A stretch of 64,000 nucleotides of DNA from Tubiluchus corallicola (lineage: Eukaryota > Animalia > Priapulida), in contig JAQGDQ010000986.1 of NCBI GenBank assembly GCA_030141605.1, forward strand, positions 8,911-72,910, read 5' to 3'. Of the stretch, positions 1 through 11,700 are shown piece after piece. The notes below the pieces were generated by a model. It saw only the letters and a program-made list of their open reading frames with translations. It did no database searches and was not told the DNA's origin. Every line of letters starts with the position of its first letter. The stretch's first letter is position 1. Made by a program: the position numbers and the translations under genes.

Positions 1-1
1 C

Positions 2-2035
2 TTAAATAATTTACAATTTCTTTCCCTGGCGAGGAACAGGATCAAGTCTGTTCCAGATGGCATATTTAAACCCCTTTCTTCACTGACTTGCTTGATAATG
101 AATGAAAATCAACTTGTCACTGTGCCCACAAAAGCTTTTCAACGTCTGTCTAGTATTCAAAATCTGCACTTAGTAAGAAATAACTTGACAAAATTTCCCG
201 GGGAGATTGCTGCTTTGCTGTCGACGCCAGAGCAGCCATTACAAGTCTTGAATCTTGAACACAATTTCATCTCGGAATTACCACCAAAAAGTGGAAACCG
301 AGTTGACATATTGGAACTAAATCTGGCGCACAATTTAATTGAACACATCGACGGTTCATTTTTTGAGAACCTTGAGAACAGTTTTGAAGTTATTGACCTT
401 TCCCACAATCAAATACGTACATTTGAAAGCAGTGTTTTTTCAAGCATGAGAAAACTGGAAAGAATTTCAATGCGAGGCAATCAAGTATCACATCTTCTAC
501 ATAATCGAAGAGTCGAAGTTATAGACATGTCTGAAAACAACTTTACGATCTGCAATTTAACTGATTTGGCCAGTTTGCCACGAGTGCGTGTCATCGACTT
601 GCGACAAAACCAGATAAATGACTTCAACACAGCCACTTTCAAGCACAAATCGCTATCCGAACTAGATCTGAGCCACAACAACATCACAAGTGTCTCGCGT
701 TTATTTCAGAACATCCTCAGTTACGTCACTTTCCTGAATTTGTCGTATAATCAGATATCTACGTTTAACAATATCACCACGTTTGGCATTCCTAACATTG
801 AAGTCATTGATGTTTCTCACAATTTAATTTCCTCAGTGCCATATCATCTCTGGGCGCAACCTGGGAAGGGTATCAAGGTATTAAACATCTCTCACAACCC
901 TATTGAAGCCATTGACGAGGACAGCTTTCATGGTTTAGTAACAGTGGAAACTTTAGTCATGACAGACCTGCTGAATCTTACCAACTTGAGCTACACATTT
1001 CCATGGATGATGGATGAACTCAAGGTTCTTCATTTGTATAACTTACCTCTAGTTAAGCACATCGATATTGACATGCTGCTGAAACGTCGTAGCAAACTGA
1101 AAGAGTTAGCTCTTGAAGTCAAAGACAGTGTTCTAGATTCACAGTTGAGCGAGGTGATGCCTACACTCTCTAGCTTGTACATTACTGGCAAAAATTTGAG
1201 GAACATCTCGAAGAAAGCTTTTGAGAGTTTTGGCTCCAAGGTGTCACCTTTAACAGAGTTGGAAACGATACAGTATAAATTGCAGATTAAGGGCACCAAC
1301 GTTCGATACTTATTCTGGCCCCTGTTTCCATTTACGAGTTCTCACATGGCCGTGCATCTGGATCTGAGTCACAACGATCTGTCTGCTTTTAGTCCAGAGG
1401 CACTAGAAGTGTTGAGATTCAATGATATTCTGCACTTGGGACTGGATGAGAGTTGGCTGTATTGTGACTGCTACCATCGCTGGTTTGTTTACTGGTTGCA
1501 GAAATATGAACGGCGGAAGTTCAATGAGTTTATAGACATGATCGAGGACGATCAAGATTCTGCGCATTACAGTGAAAAGTGTGAAGATTACTCAACCGAC
1601 TTTATGAAGAACTTCTATTTAAGTGTGCAGAAACACATTGAAGGCATTAGCTGCTTGGAGCTAAATGGAAAGAATCGTCAGCGTGTGGTCGATTTTAACA
1701 CATCATCAATGGTCTGCGTTTACAAGGCTGAGACGTATGCATTCAGAAACGTTACGGAATGGGTACTTGGCGGAGTCATAGGAATTTTTGCTATAGTGGC
1801 ATTGATCGCCATATTTGCAGCATGCATGTGGTCAGTTCGCAATAAAAAGTCGAAAGACGTGAGTGACATTGCGTACGAAAACTCAGCGTACACCATCACG
1901 CAAGTGAACAGTCATGACAGTCACGACGGAACGCTTGGAAATGGTTTTAGCGCCGAGAACTTAAACAGTACAAATTCCCAGCACACGGAAGACCTCTCCA
2001 AAACTCCCAAGTTCCGCTACACCACCCACTTATGA
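2..2035 (+). CDS. Leucine-rich-repeat single-pass transmembrane protein, 5'-truncated by the window edge (LRR array, LRRCT-like Cys cap, TM helix, cytoplasmic tail without TIR domain)
   Basis: The frame is open from base 2 (LNNLQFLSLARNRIKSVPDGIFKPLSSLTCLIMNEN), so it extends upstream of the ORF-track start at 92. Many LxxLxLxxNxI repeats; WLYCDC...C...C cap; hydrophobic segment WVLGGVIGIFAIVALIAIFAACMW; tail ends YTTHL-TGA; AATAAA at 2166-2171. Confidence 0.92.
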   Translation, partial: LNNLQFLSLARNRIKSVPDGIFKPLSSLTCLIMNENQLVTVPTKAFQRLSSIQNLHLVRNNLTKFPGEIAALLSTPEQPLQVLNLEHNFISELPPKSGNRVDILELNLAHNLIEHIDGSFFENLENSFEVIDLSHNQIRTFESSVFSSMRKLERISMRGNQVSHLLHNRRVEVIDMSENNFTICNLTDLASLPRVRVIDLRQNQINDFNTATFKHKSLSELDLSHNNITSVSRLFQNILSYVTFLNLSYNQISTFNNITTFGIPNIEVIDVSHNLISSVPYHLWAQPGKGIKVLNISHNPIEAIDEDSFHGLVTVETLVMTDLLNLTNLSYTFPWMMDELKVLHLYNLPLVKHIDIDMLLKRRSKLKELALEVKDSVLDSQLSEVMPTLSSLYITGKNLRNISKKAFESFGSKVSPLTELETIQYKLQIKGTNVRYLFWPLFPFTSSHMAVHLDLSHNDLSAFSPEALEVLRFNDILHLGLDESWLYCDCYHRWFVYWLQKYERRKFNEFIDMIEDDQDSAHYSEKCEDYSTDFMKNFYLSVQKHIEGISCLELNGKNRQRVVDFNTSSMVCVYKAETYAFRNVTEWVLGGVIGIFAIVALIAIFAACMWSVRNKKSKDVSDIAYENSAYTITQVNSHDSHDGTLGNGFSAENLNSTNSQHTEDLSKTPKFRYTTHL

Positions 2036-2967
2036 CAATTCGGATGCAACTGTGGCTCTGATGAAGTTCGCCAAGGACTCAATGGCGATTCAGATTACAT
2101 TCAGACAACCCAGTACAAAAAGAAAAGACCTATTCACGTGACACTGGTATAAATTATATTGTAGAAATAAACTTATTATTAGTGTACATATTTATGGGTG
2201 TCAGTGCTAGTGGTAAAGCTACAGTTGCATGGTCTCATTTTTATTTCGCTGAGTCTCGTATATCTCAGTAATGTGCAATTACAAGACTCAGAAATATGGA
2301 GCTTTCTGGGTAAATTTTTAATCTTCTCAAGCCCTGAAAGCATCATTAAATTCTGTATTTTTCTGTTTCTCTGTTTACCTAGTCATGTTTAGCTAATTGT
2401 TAGCTAATAATTTGATAAGCAGTGCGTTTGACGCAGCAACAAGATTAATGCTGATTTTGTCTTATTCGTAAAGGGATGTTAGAAAATATTACTTGCAGCA
2501 TTTCGGCTTTCAGTTAAGCTAAATACCCCCCCCCACACACCCTCCCATCATGTGGCCGAGTATGTAAAGTATAATGGCTTGCCTACCAAGTGCAGTCCCT
2601 GGTACTTCATGATACGGTGCTAGGGTTATACATAAGCTCATTAACAGGTAAATCGATTCGGGTACCATCACAAGGTTGCCTGCTTACCTGGTAAAGTGTA
2701 ACGGCTAAGAAATTACATAACGTCAATTACGTTTTTATTAAAAGCCCTGATTACCTCGCGAGTACGACTCGAAAACTTCAGAGGTTTCTTAAAACCGTTT
2801 GCGTGTTTTGTCTAGAGAGCGTTTCTTGTTAAAAATGATTCGCTAAAATGGTCGAACAAGGGTACTGCCATAAAAGCTTTTGTGAAAAATTGAGTCTATT
2901 AACGATGCAGTTGCAAAGTGGAAGAAAGCCGTATGAGGTTGATGACCAACGAATTTTCAGGAAGAAT

Positions 2968-4146
2968 TATGGTAGGACTGAGACAGAAACGTGACTTACA
3001 TTATATGCCTGTTATGGTAGGACTGAGACAGAAACGTGACTTATATTATATGCCTGGTATGGTAGGACTGAGACAGAAACGTGACTTATATTACATGCCT
3101 GGTATGGTAGGACTGAGACAGAAACGTGACTTATATTATATGCCTGGTATGGTAGGACTGAGACAGAAACGTGACTTATATTATATGCCTGGTATGGTAG
3201 GACTGAGACAGAAACGTGACTTATATTATATGCCTGGTATGGTAGGACTGAGACAGAAACGTGACTTTATATGCCTGTTATGGTAGGACTGAGACAGAAA
3301 CGTGACTTATATTACATGCCTGGTATGGTAGGACTGAGACAGAAACGTGACTTATATTACATGCCTGGTATGGTAGGACTGAGACAGAAACGTGACTTAT
3401 ATTACATGCCTGGTATGGTAGGACTGAGACAGAAACGTGACTTATATTACATGCCTGGTATGGTAGGACTGAGACAGAAACGTGACTTATATTATATGCC
3501 TGGTATGGTAGGACTGAGACAGAAACGTGACTTTATATACCTGGTATGGTAGGACTGAGACAGAAACGTGGCTTATATTATATGCCTGGTATGGTAGGAC
3601 TGAGACAGAAACGTGACTTATATTACATGCCTGGTATGGCAGGACTGAGACAGAAACGTGGCTTATATTACATGCCTGGTATGGTAGGACTGAGACAGAA
3701 ACGTGACTTATATTACATGCCTGGTATGGTAGGACTGAGACAGAAACGTGACTTATATTATATGCCTGGTATGGTAGGACTGAGACAGAAACGTGACTTA
3801 TATTATATGCCTGGTATGGTAGGACTGAGACGGAAACGTGACTTATATTACATGCCTGGTATGGTAGGACTGAGACGGAAACGTGACTTATATTACATGC
3901 CTGGTATGGTAGGACTGAGACAGAAACGTGGCTTATATTACATGCCTGGTATGGTAGGACTGAGACAGAAACGTGACTTATATTACATGCCTGGTATGGT
4001 AGGACTGAGACAGAAACGTGACTTATATTACATGCCTGGTATGGTAGGACTGAGACGGAAACGTGACTTATATTATATGCCTGGTATGGTAGAACTGAGA
4101 CGGAAACGTGACTTATATTACATGCCTGGTATGGTAGGACTGAGAG
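2968..4146. repeat. 45-bp minisatellite, about 26 copies (ATGGTAGGACTGAGACAGAAACGTGACTTATATTAYATGCCTGGT)
   Basis: Directly visible tandem array; two units (near 3267 and 3531) carry a 4-bp deletion. Confidence 0.97.
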
Positions 4147-5129
4147 AAGACTTGCCTTGTGAATTAGAGTAGCAACAATATTGCAACGTTCTTCAAGAAG
4201 CCAGTATTGTAGTTGTGCTTAGACACAGAAAAGTATTGTGTGTCTTAAACACTATCTGCACTACCATAAGCAAAGGTGACTGTCGCAATACCCTCCTTAT
4301 AAGCCGTGTATTCTTAGGAATGAGTAAATACTTTTTGTATTGTTTTGCACATTGCATGCCAGAATGATGGGCCGAAACCAATATTCGTGTGCTTGTGGTG
4401 AGACAATCCACTAACTGACTAGTGATGGTGTTGTTTAACATCTGTCGCAAAATAGCTAATTCACCTTGCCTCTATTACTTAACTAACTATACATGAAGTA
4501 TATTAATTAATCTGACGTAGGCTTGAACCACAATACCAATCGCTCTTTGTTTAACTCTTTCTCTGAGAGACGATTTGCCTACGTCTTATTGTGAGTATGG
4601 GAAGACTGCTTAAAGATGATAGAAATTGTTGATACACTGTACTCATGGTTCGATGTTGTTGGGAATTATAGTTGTGTGTTAGTGCCTTACAGCTAAGAGG
4701 TGATGGATGTCTTGTTTAAAAGTGAATTGTTTTAATTTGAAGAAAATGAGTGAGTCATAATAACGTTTTCACATAATGTGCAATAAGTGTATATAGTTTT
4801 GCAGTGAAGAGTGTGTTTTGTGTGCTATTTGTACTGTTAGTAATAATGCTAGTCTGTAATTTAATACTGCCAGCTGTTACCTTTATTAATTTGTATAATA
4901 GTTCGTATCCCAGTGATGAACATTGAGAAACCCAAGATGCATAAATTATTCTGATGTATATAAAGCTTGTAACATGTTAGTATAGGTCAATTTTTGTTAG
5001 TCAGGTTTTGTGATGTAATAATAATAGGGCCTACCTGGTCTAGTGGTCTTTCTCTTCAAAAGCGCTTTTCCCCCACTACATTTTTTGGCATTTTAAAGAT
5101 TTCCCTAAGCTGCCACAGCCACCAGCAGG

Positions 5130-5335
5130 AGGGTTGCCATCACTCCTAATTTGGCCGGGAGTCTCTTGAAATTAGGTCATAGATTTGGAGTTCGGTCGGA
5201 ATTTTGAAAAATTCTGAAATCTGGCTTTGAAATATTCCCTAGTCATAGATTTGTTGTTCTATGACTGGAAATATTTGTTTGAAATATTCCCTAGCTATTA
5301 CTCCTGACTTCGGGTCACGACGGGGTGGCAACCCT
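5130..5335. mobile_element. MITE with AGGGTTGCCA...TGGCAACCCT terminal inverted repeats
   Basis: Perfect 10-bp TIR pair at 5130-5139 and 5326-5335; no clear target-site duplication. Confidence 0.6.
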
Positions 5336-5369
5336 AAACACGAGACATTTTACATGATGACGCTCATCT

Positions 5370-6882
5370 ATCTACTGCCAATGAACTTTCAGATTAAAAG
5401 AAACGCGGAACTTTAATTGACGCTTTCTGTGATAGTTTCGCCCTCTATTGGACAGATAATTAATTATACACGAGTGTAGGGACAGCCAAGTTATACGCGA
5501 GTTAAGTTACTTATGACTGTAAATTGTTTCTGTTCTCTCAAATTTACTTTTATTTTCGGATAAGAAATTAATTTAATTTTGAAAGTGTATATAAATCCCC
5601 AGTTGGTTGGAGTTAGCCCCAATAGCCTAACCAACCAACTACATGTATATGTATTTATAAATTTACTGTACTGTGTTAATTACTTATAATTAAATGTAAT
5701 GTAGTATGCCCCATTGTATAAATTATAATATGAAACTTTGTAAAATTATTTGTATTCTCGATGCAAATCGTCGTTTGTTAGTGAGCACAGGCATATAATT
5801 ATGTGAGTACTGAGCAATGTTCTTGCACCGTGTAAAATTGTAATACGTCACTCTAGACCATGTTTAGTGACGTAAGAATACCAAAGAGCGGCCTTAATTC
5901 CTCAGAATAGCGCCTTGTCCCACTATCGTATCTTTTGTTACAATACACATTCATGGATAATTTCTAATAAACATATTTTTTCATATTATTGTTAAACTAC
6001 CAAAACTACGAGACATTTTACTCGTTGATAGTGGCGACTCGTAGCTAAATTTAGTGGGGGTGCTGCAAAATTAGGGCCTAAAAATTTTTTTAGCCATTGT
6101 CTTAATACTGTATAAAACGAAACAAACATATGTAATTTTAATGTTGTAGTTGTAATATTAAACAAACAAATTTATACATAAACTTGATAAAATCCTAAAC
6201 AAAAAATGTTGCTTTCTTACGAATAGCCTAAATTGTCGCAGTTCAAGAATATGCTGTTACACGGCTTTTGTACTACCCTCACGTGCTCCAGTACCGCACA
6301 AGTATAAAGAAAGAACTAAATTAAAACGACTTATTATATTGAGTATTATCGATAATAATGAGTGAAAATAGGGGGTGCTGCAGTACCACAGTACCTATAC
6401 ACGAGCCGCCACTGCTTGTTGAGGTTCAGTTCATCAGTTATCTATTGCCAGTGAATTCCTAGGCTAAAAAGCAGTTTAATTGGCGCTTTCTGTGGTGGTG
6501 TCGCCCTCTGTTGGACGGGTAATTAATTAGAACGCGGGTGTAGCGGTAGTTTTACTAAATTTTTTCTCGATTCTCCCAAATTTATTATTACTTTCAGATA
6601 AGAAGTTAAATTACTTTCGTAAATGTACATAAAACCCCATCTTGGTCCAGGTTTCCCGAATAGCCTAGGCAAATCATTTAAAAATATGTCCATTCATCTA
6701 CATTTACATCTATTTATAATGTACTAAGTTATAATTTATGCGTATGTCCCATTGTACAAAAAATAATTATTAAAAACTGTAAAATTATTCGTATTCAGGG
6801 TGCAAATAATTGTTTGTTAGTGAGCACAGACCTACATGTAACAATTGTCATGACTTCTGAGCAATGTTTTTGCATGGTGTAA
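5370..6882. repeat. Two diverged direct copies of a ~450-bp repeat (about 5370-5835 and 6440-6882)
   Basis: Shared blocks in the same order: CGCTTTCTGTG..TCGCCCTCT.TTGGAC, AAAATTATT.GTATTC, GTTTGTTAGTGAGCACAG, CTGAGCAATGTTT. Confidence 0.75.
6029..6414. mobile_element. hAT-like MITE
   Basis: TIRs TAGTGGCGACTCGT / ACGAGCCGCCACTG; near-perfect 8-bp TSD CTCGTTGA (6021-6028) / CTTGTTGA (6415-6422). Confidence 0.8.
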
Positions 6883-7763
6883 TTAAGTTATTGATTGCTG
6901 TTTGCAGTGAATATTTTTTTTCTGTATAAGATTATTACGGTGCATAATAAAGTTTTATAAAATATATACCTTTTAAGTTTTATTATTGCAGTTTAGAAAT
7001 CTCGTATAATTCAAAAAACAAAAAAATCTCGTTACTGCTACAGTTTATAATTATTTATTTTATTACATTGATAAAAATCAAGAATTTTTATAAAAGTCAA
7101 AGGTGAAAAGGCTTGATGCCTTCGTATCATAATAGGAGTTATGGAGGTGAAGCTAATTAATACTGTACATCTTATCTCATTCATGGTCAACAGCAGAAGG
7201 ATTTTATAATATAAAAATAGCTGTATAATTCTGTAAAATAAAAACAAATCTATAATTACAAAATCATTGTCACTACAACATACAGCAGTGTACTAATATT
7301 GCAAGTAGCAGACATTATTTATTTAAATCTGAAAGTAATAATAATACATAATTAACCAAACAATCCTATTTCACAATGACAAAGTTTTTTTGTAGCCATC
7401 ATTTAGGTTTTTCACAGTTTCGTTGTATGCAGGCACAGTTGCTGTAGGTCAAAGGTTAAGTGTACCACAGCAACGCGTCTTAACTACAGCTGCCGAATCA
7501 ATAACTTCAGTTGTTTTACATGGTTTTACATAGAGTGATTTACTAGCTGGATCTTGCTTGGGAACAAGAAAAAATGAACTAAATAAGATTACAGCTAGCT
7601 GTTAAAATGGTTACGATTATAACAGCATGGGCTGTGAGGTGTTGTCAAGTGTACACAAATGTGATGTCTGGAACACTTAACCTTTGACCTCTTCATGATC
7701 ATCATCAATTGCTGGAACTGTGAAAAGGCATGCTAGGCCTAAGTTACAGGTATGTAAGTTGCT

Positions 7764-7990
7764 ACCGGGTGACGTAGCTCAGTGGTAGCGTGCTCGCTTA
7801 CCACCCGGGAGGTCGTGGGTTCAACTCTCAATTGAATCTACCAAAGACTTGAAAAAATGGTTCTTCGACTAAGCACTTGGGTTTATCGAAGTAACATTTG
7901 GGTAATTTATGATCGGGACCACCTTAGAAATAAGTATTGAGTTACTTAAGGTGTTATTCTTGGACTATGTCCTAAATGAAATTATTATTA
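7764..7990 (+). mobile_element. tRNA-derived SINE
   Basis: Pol III A box TAGCTCAGTGG (7775-7785) and B box GGTTCAACTC (7818-7827) in a tRNA-like head lacking a proper acceptor stem, followed by a non-tRNA body and an (ATT)n tail. Confidence 0.7.
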
Positions 7991-8750
7991 TACGGTAATT
8001 ATTATTATTGTTATATCAGAAACTCACCCACAAGAACTACTATGACATTTATTTGCAAAGATAAACTTAATAATAAAGAAGCGTAGTAATGTCATCTGAC
8101 AGAAACTACTAGTAATACATATTACAATGATCAAGGTGCAGGTTTTAACAAGCATTTCATGGTTGTAAAAATAAACAAAATAACTGATCTCCAGCACGAA
8201 AATTTTCGCCAACCATCAAATATCTAAGTGCCATCTATTTTCACAATAGAGAAACGTTGGAAGAGCATAATTGAAAAGTTAAAAACACCACCAATGTATT
8301 TAGGAGACACATGGCACACTCCAGTAAAAGGACCACTCTATATTGATAATATTCATAAAAACAAAACAAAATTTATAAACATTTATAAAATGCCATAAAA
8401 TAAAAACATTTACAATATAATAAAACCATTTGCATTTTGCATTCGTTAATATAATATTAACTGCCTTATTATATTACTTTAATATATATATAATATATAT
8501 ATTATATTATTGTATTTCTTATTATATTAGAAAGTGCAATAAACATACAAACTTATTTTAAATTTGTCTAATCACAAATTCGGATCAAAATGAATAATTT
8601 ACTTAAATTAAAAATAACCAATAGCAGTGAAAGCACAATGGTTTAACAATAAAATGATAAGATCACCAAAAGCCATTAAGCCACCAACACGCCCACTTAT
8701 TTATTGATATAATCATCTTGACGGTTCATCTGTACATGATAAAAGTCAGC

Positions 8751-11700
8751 TTATAGAAGTTCCCTGCCAACAGTATTTGGAAACAAAAGACTGGCCAGGC
8801 CACCTGCCAGCAGGCAGCCGGCAACTAACATGATCGGCACAACGCAGGTAACGTCGATAAGAAGACCGAATAAGACGTTTCCTAAAATTGCTCCGAGGCG
8901 AGCAAACACGAGACCAAATCCAAACGCAGTCGCCCTCACCGAAGTGGGAAACAGTTCCGTTCCCAGGATGTCCATAGCATTCCATGCTATCACAGACACT
9001 CCGGCAAACAAACAGGACAGAATCAGATTCTGCGTCCTGTTAGTAACGAACCAAATGAAAAACACCATGACGGCACTCACGGTCATACTTGCGGCCAAGG
9101 GGAGACGTCTTCCCAGCTTGTCCATGAAAACTACCGAAAGAAGATTTCCGGGCACGTTCGCTAAAGCCAGAAACACCGCATCACGATACACCATGCTATC
9201 TGTACCAACGCCACTGCAGTCGGTAAAATTAACAACTGTACTGCTGTTATCATAATTTATAACGCGATCGCTACACACAGATACGTTATCCTCTCTACCA
9301 TACATCTCCAAGCGTTTGAATAACTCTGGAAACCACATCCACAAGCCATAGTAACCGAATGATAGGGTAAAATTGATAAATATCCACTTTAGAGTATTTC
9401 TCGTTAACGGCGTATAAAACAGTTCAACTGCTTTTGACATTGACATCAGAAGCAGCTTCACTTTACTATGCAATATCTTTGGCTTTTCTTCGTAAAAATC
9501 ACATTGCAATTCAATACCATGCAAATCTGAACGTTGTGCCTTTTTGTTGATCTTGTACATTTTTTGCAAGATGACCATGCACTGTACGTCCTTGCCACAG
9601 TCAAGCAGGTATTTCGGACTTTCGGGCAAAAACGACACCAGCAAGATGGCCGAAAAAGCAGGGAACGTGGCCAAAGCCACAAAGATCCTCCAGCTCGTAT
9701 AGGAGAAGCTTGGTCCAAATAGGTTGAGTTGTGTTTGAGGAATAACTGCCCAGGCTAGAAGAGCAACAAGAAGATTCCCCGACATCCAAAATGTGGCCAA
9801 TAAGCTCAGCATTCGTCCTCTGTACATCCGCGGCTGAAATTCAGCGTAGTATGCCCATATAACCGGAACATTACCGCCCACTCCGAAACCGCTGATTATC
9901 CGAAACGTGAGGAAGAGCCAGTACGATTGAGCAAAACTAGACAAGAGGCCAAATATGCCATTAATGAAGAGAGTAAGAAGAAGAACCTTGCGACGTCCAG
10001 TAATGTCCGCCCAAGTAGCCATTACGTATCCACCAATCATCATTCCTGTGTAAAGACAACGTCTGGACGTTTAATCAGATTTGTAAGTTTTACATAATAA
10101 ACAGTAGTAGTAAGACTTATAATTGTCAAGTGTAAGTCGTGCACTGCAATCCAACTTGCCCTGCTGAAAATGCTTTTCAGAAAACTGTACTAATAAGGCA
10201 TTCACAAATAGAGAATCACTTTTGTATCACTTACATGCTGCCTCACTGCATACAGAGCTTGCGTTAGCAATAACGCTCCATAAAATTTCTAAATTTAAAC
10301 ATCCGTACTGGCCATTAGGCACAGCCATTTCAATGGCAAGTCGTATGAAACAAGCCTAGATGAGAATGGGTAAAGTTTGAGAAAATAATCAGAATGCTCA
10401 TAGCGTTCTGAATAACCAGAATACTAGCAAAGCAAAAGTACCACTTATTTTATATTATCAATAAGATCAATAATGTGCTTTTTGGTGACTACTGGGAACT
10501 GGGATGGTGATGCAGTGATGCTTTACCAACTGGTGCAAATTATCAAATCATTCCATTTTAAAATTATTAAGAATTTTCTTTTCCAATTACACAAGCACTT
10601 TCAAACAGGTAAGCATGATGCTAATTAATGCAATCCGTATGGAAAGTTTTTTGGGATAAACTTTAAAATACCCTTTTCTTAACTTTTCGGCTAATTGTGC
10701 TCACAAATGTCAAGTTATTTCAACGTAACCAAGAATGTTAATGAGTTGGATTTACTGTGATTGAATTTAGCAGTGGTAATATCCACCATGCTGTGCCACT
10801 GTATGTAACCAGTGACTAACCAAATTGCTCACTTTTTGTAAGGGTCAGAGAAATGTAATAACATATGTGTGCTTGCAAACCAAAACCATCCAAAAGTCGA
10901 AATGCCTCAAAGTAGAATGACCCAAAAATTTGGTCAAATATAGTTTTTTTGTTTTTTTTATAAAAACAAACAGTAAATATAATGGACTTTTATATTCTAG
11001 CATCAATTTATCCAAAAAATAGTTAAAATTTAATTTTATAATCGTGCGCCCATTTTTCTGTCTAGAAACTAGTACTGCAATTGTAAAAACTCCTATTTTC
11101 AAACTCTGATAGTAACTCCTGGAAGTTGTCATTTTGTTTCGAGTTTTTTCTCTTGCCAAGCTCAGATCTTCACCAGGAAGAGCCATCTACTGAGTTAAAA
11201 CATAACTTCAATGTGTTCTTGCAAGCAAAGTTCGTAGCAACCAACAAAAAACAATGACTGACGTTAACAGCAATTTTCTCAAGATTATGTTTTTCAGTAC
11301 GCAGCGCCAGCACCTCGACTTAAATGTGGATTATCACAGCTTAGAAGTAGCATAGAGCAATGAACTTGGTATCAAAATGAACCTCGTGAAATGGAGATTC
11401 AGGGAATGTGAATAAGTAGAAAATGTTAATTGCCGACTTATGGACAAGAACACTTTGCTGGGAAAAAAATTATATTCATTTTTTATTTTTGGAATTAGCA
11501 TTTAAAATCGGATCAGTTAGGCCATACCAGGTTCTAGCAAAATGAACTTGACAACCATTTTTGTCAAAGTTATTCATTGAGACTTTATAAACGTTTGCAA
11601 GCTAGAACTAAAAATAAAACAAAGTGCTTACTGTTACATTTGCTCTGAATTAACTATGGATCTACACGCTCATATCTCAGGTTTGCCGAACAAAAGAGAG

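Noticed and set aside
2-2035. Toll-like receptor call
   Set aside because: No TIR domain follows the transmembrane helix.
2055-2100. SECIS-like motif (TGAT..AA..AGAT) suggesting selenocysteine at the LRR UGA
   Set aside because: It lies only about 25 nt from the UGA, inside the extension frame, and lacks the RUGA core with canonical spacing. Ordinary readthrough is more plausible.
7764-7840. tRNA gene
   Set aside because: It has A and B boxes, but the acceptor and anticodon stems do not pair properly and it continues into a SINE-like body and tail.
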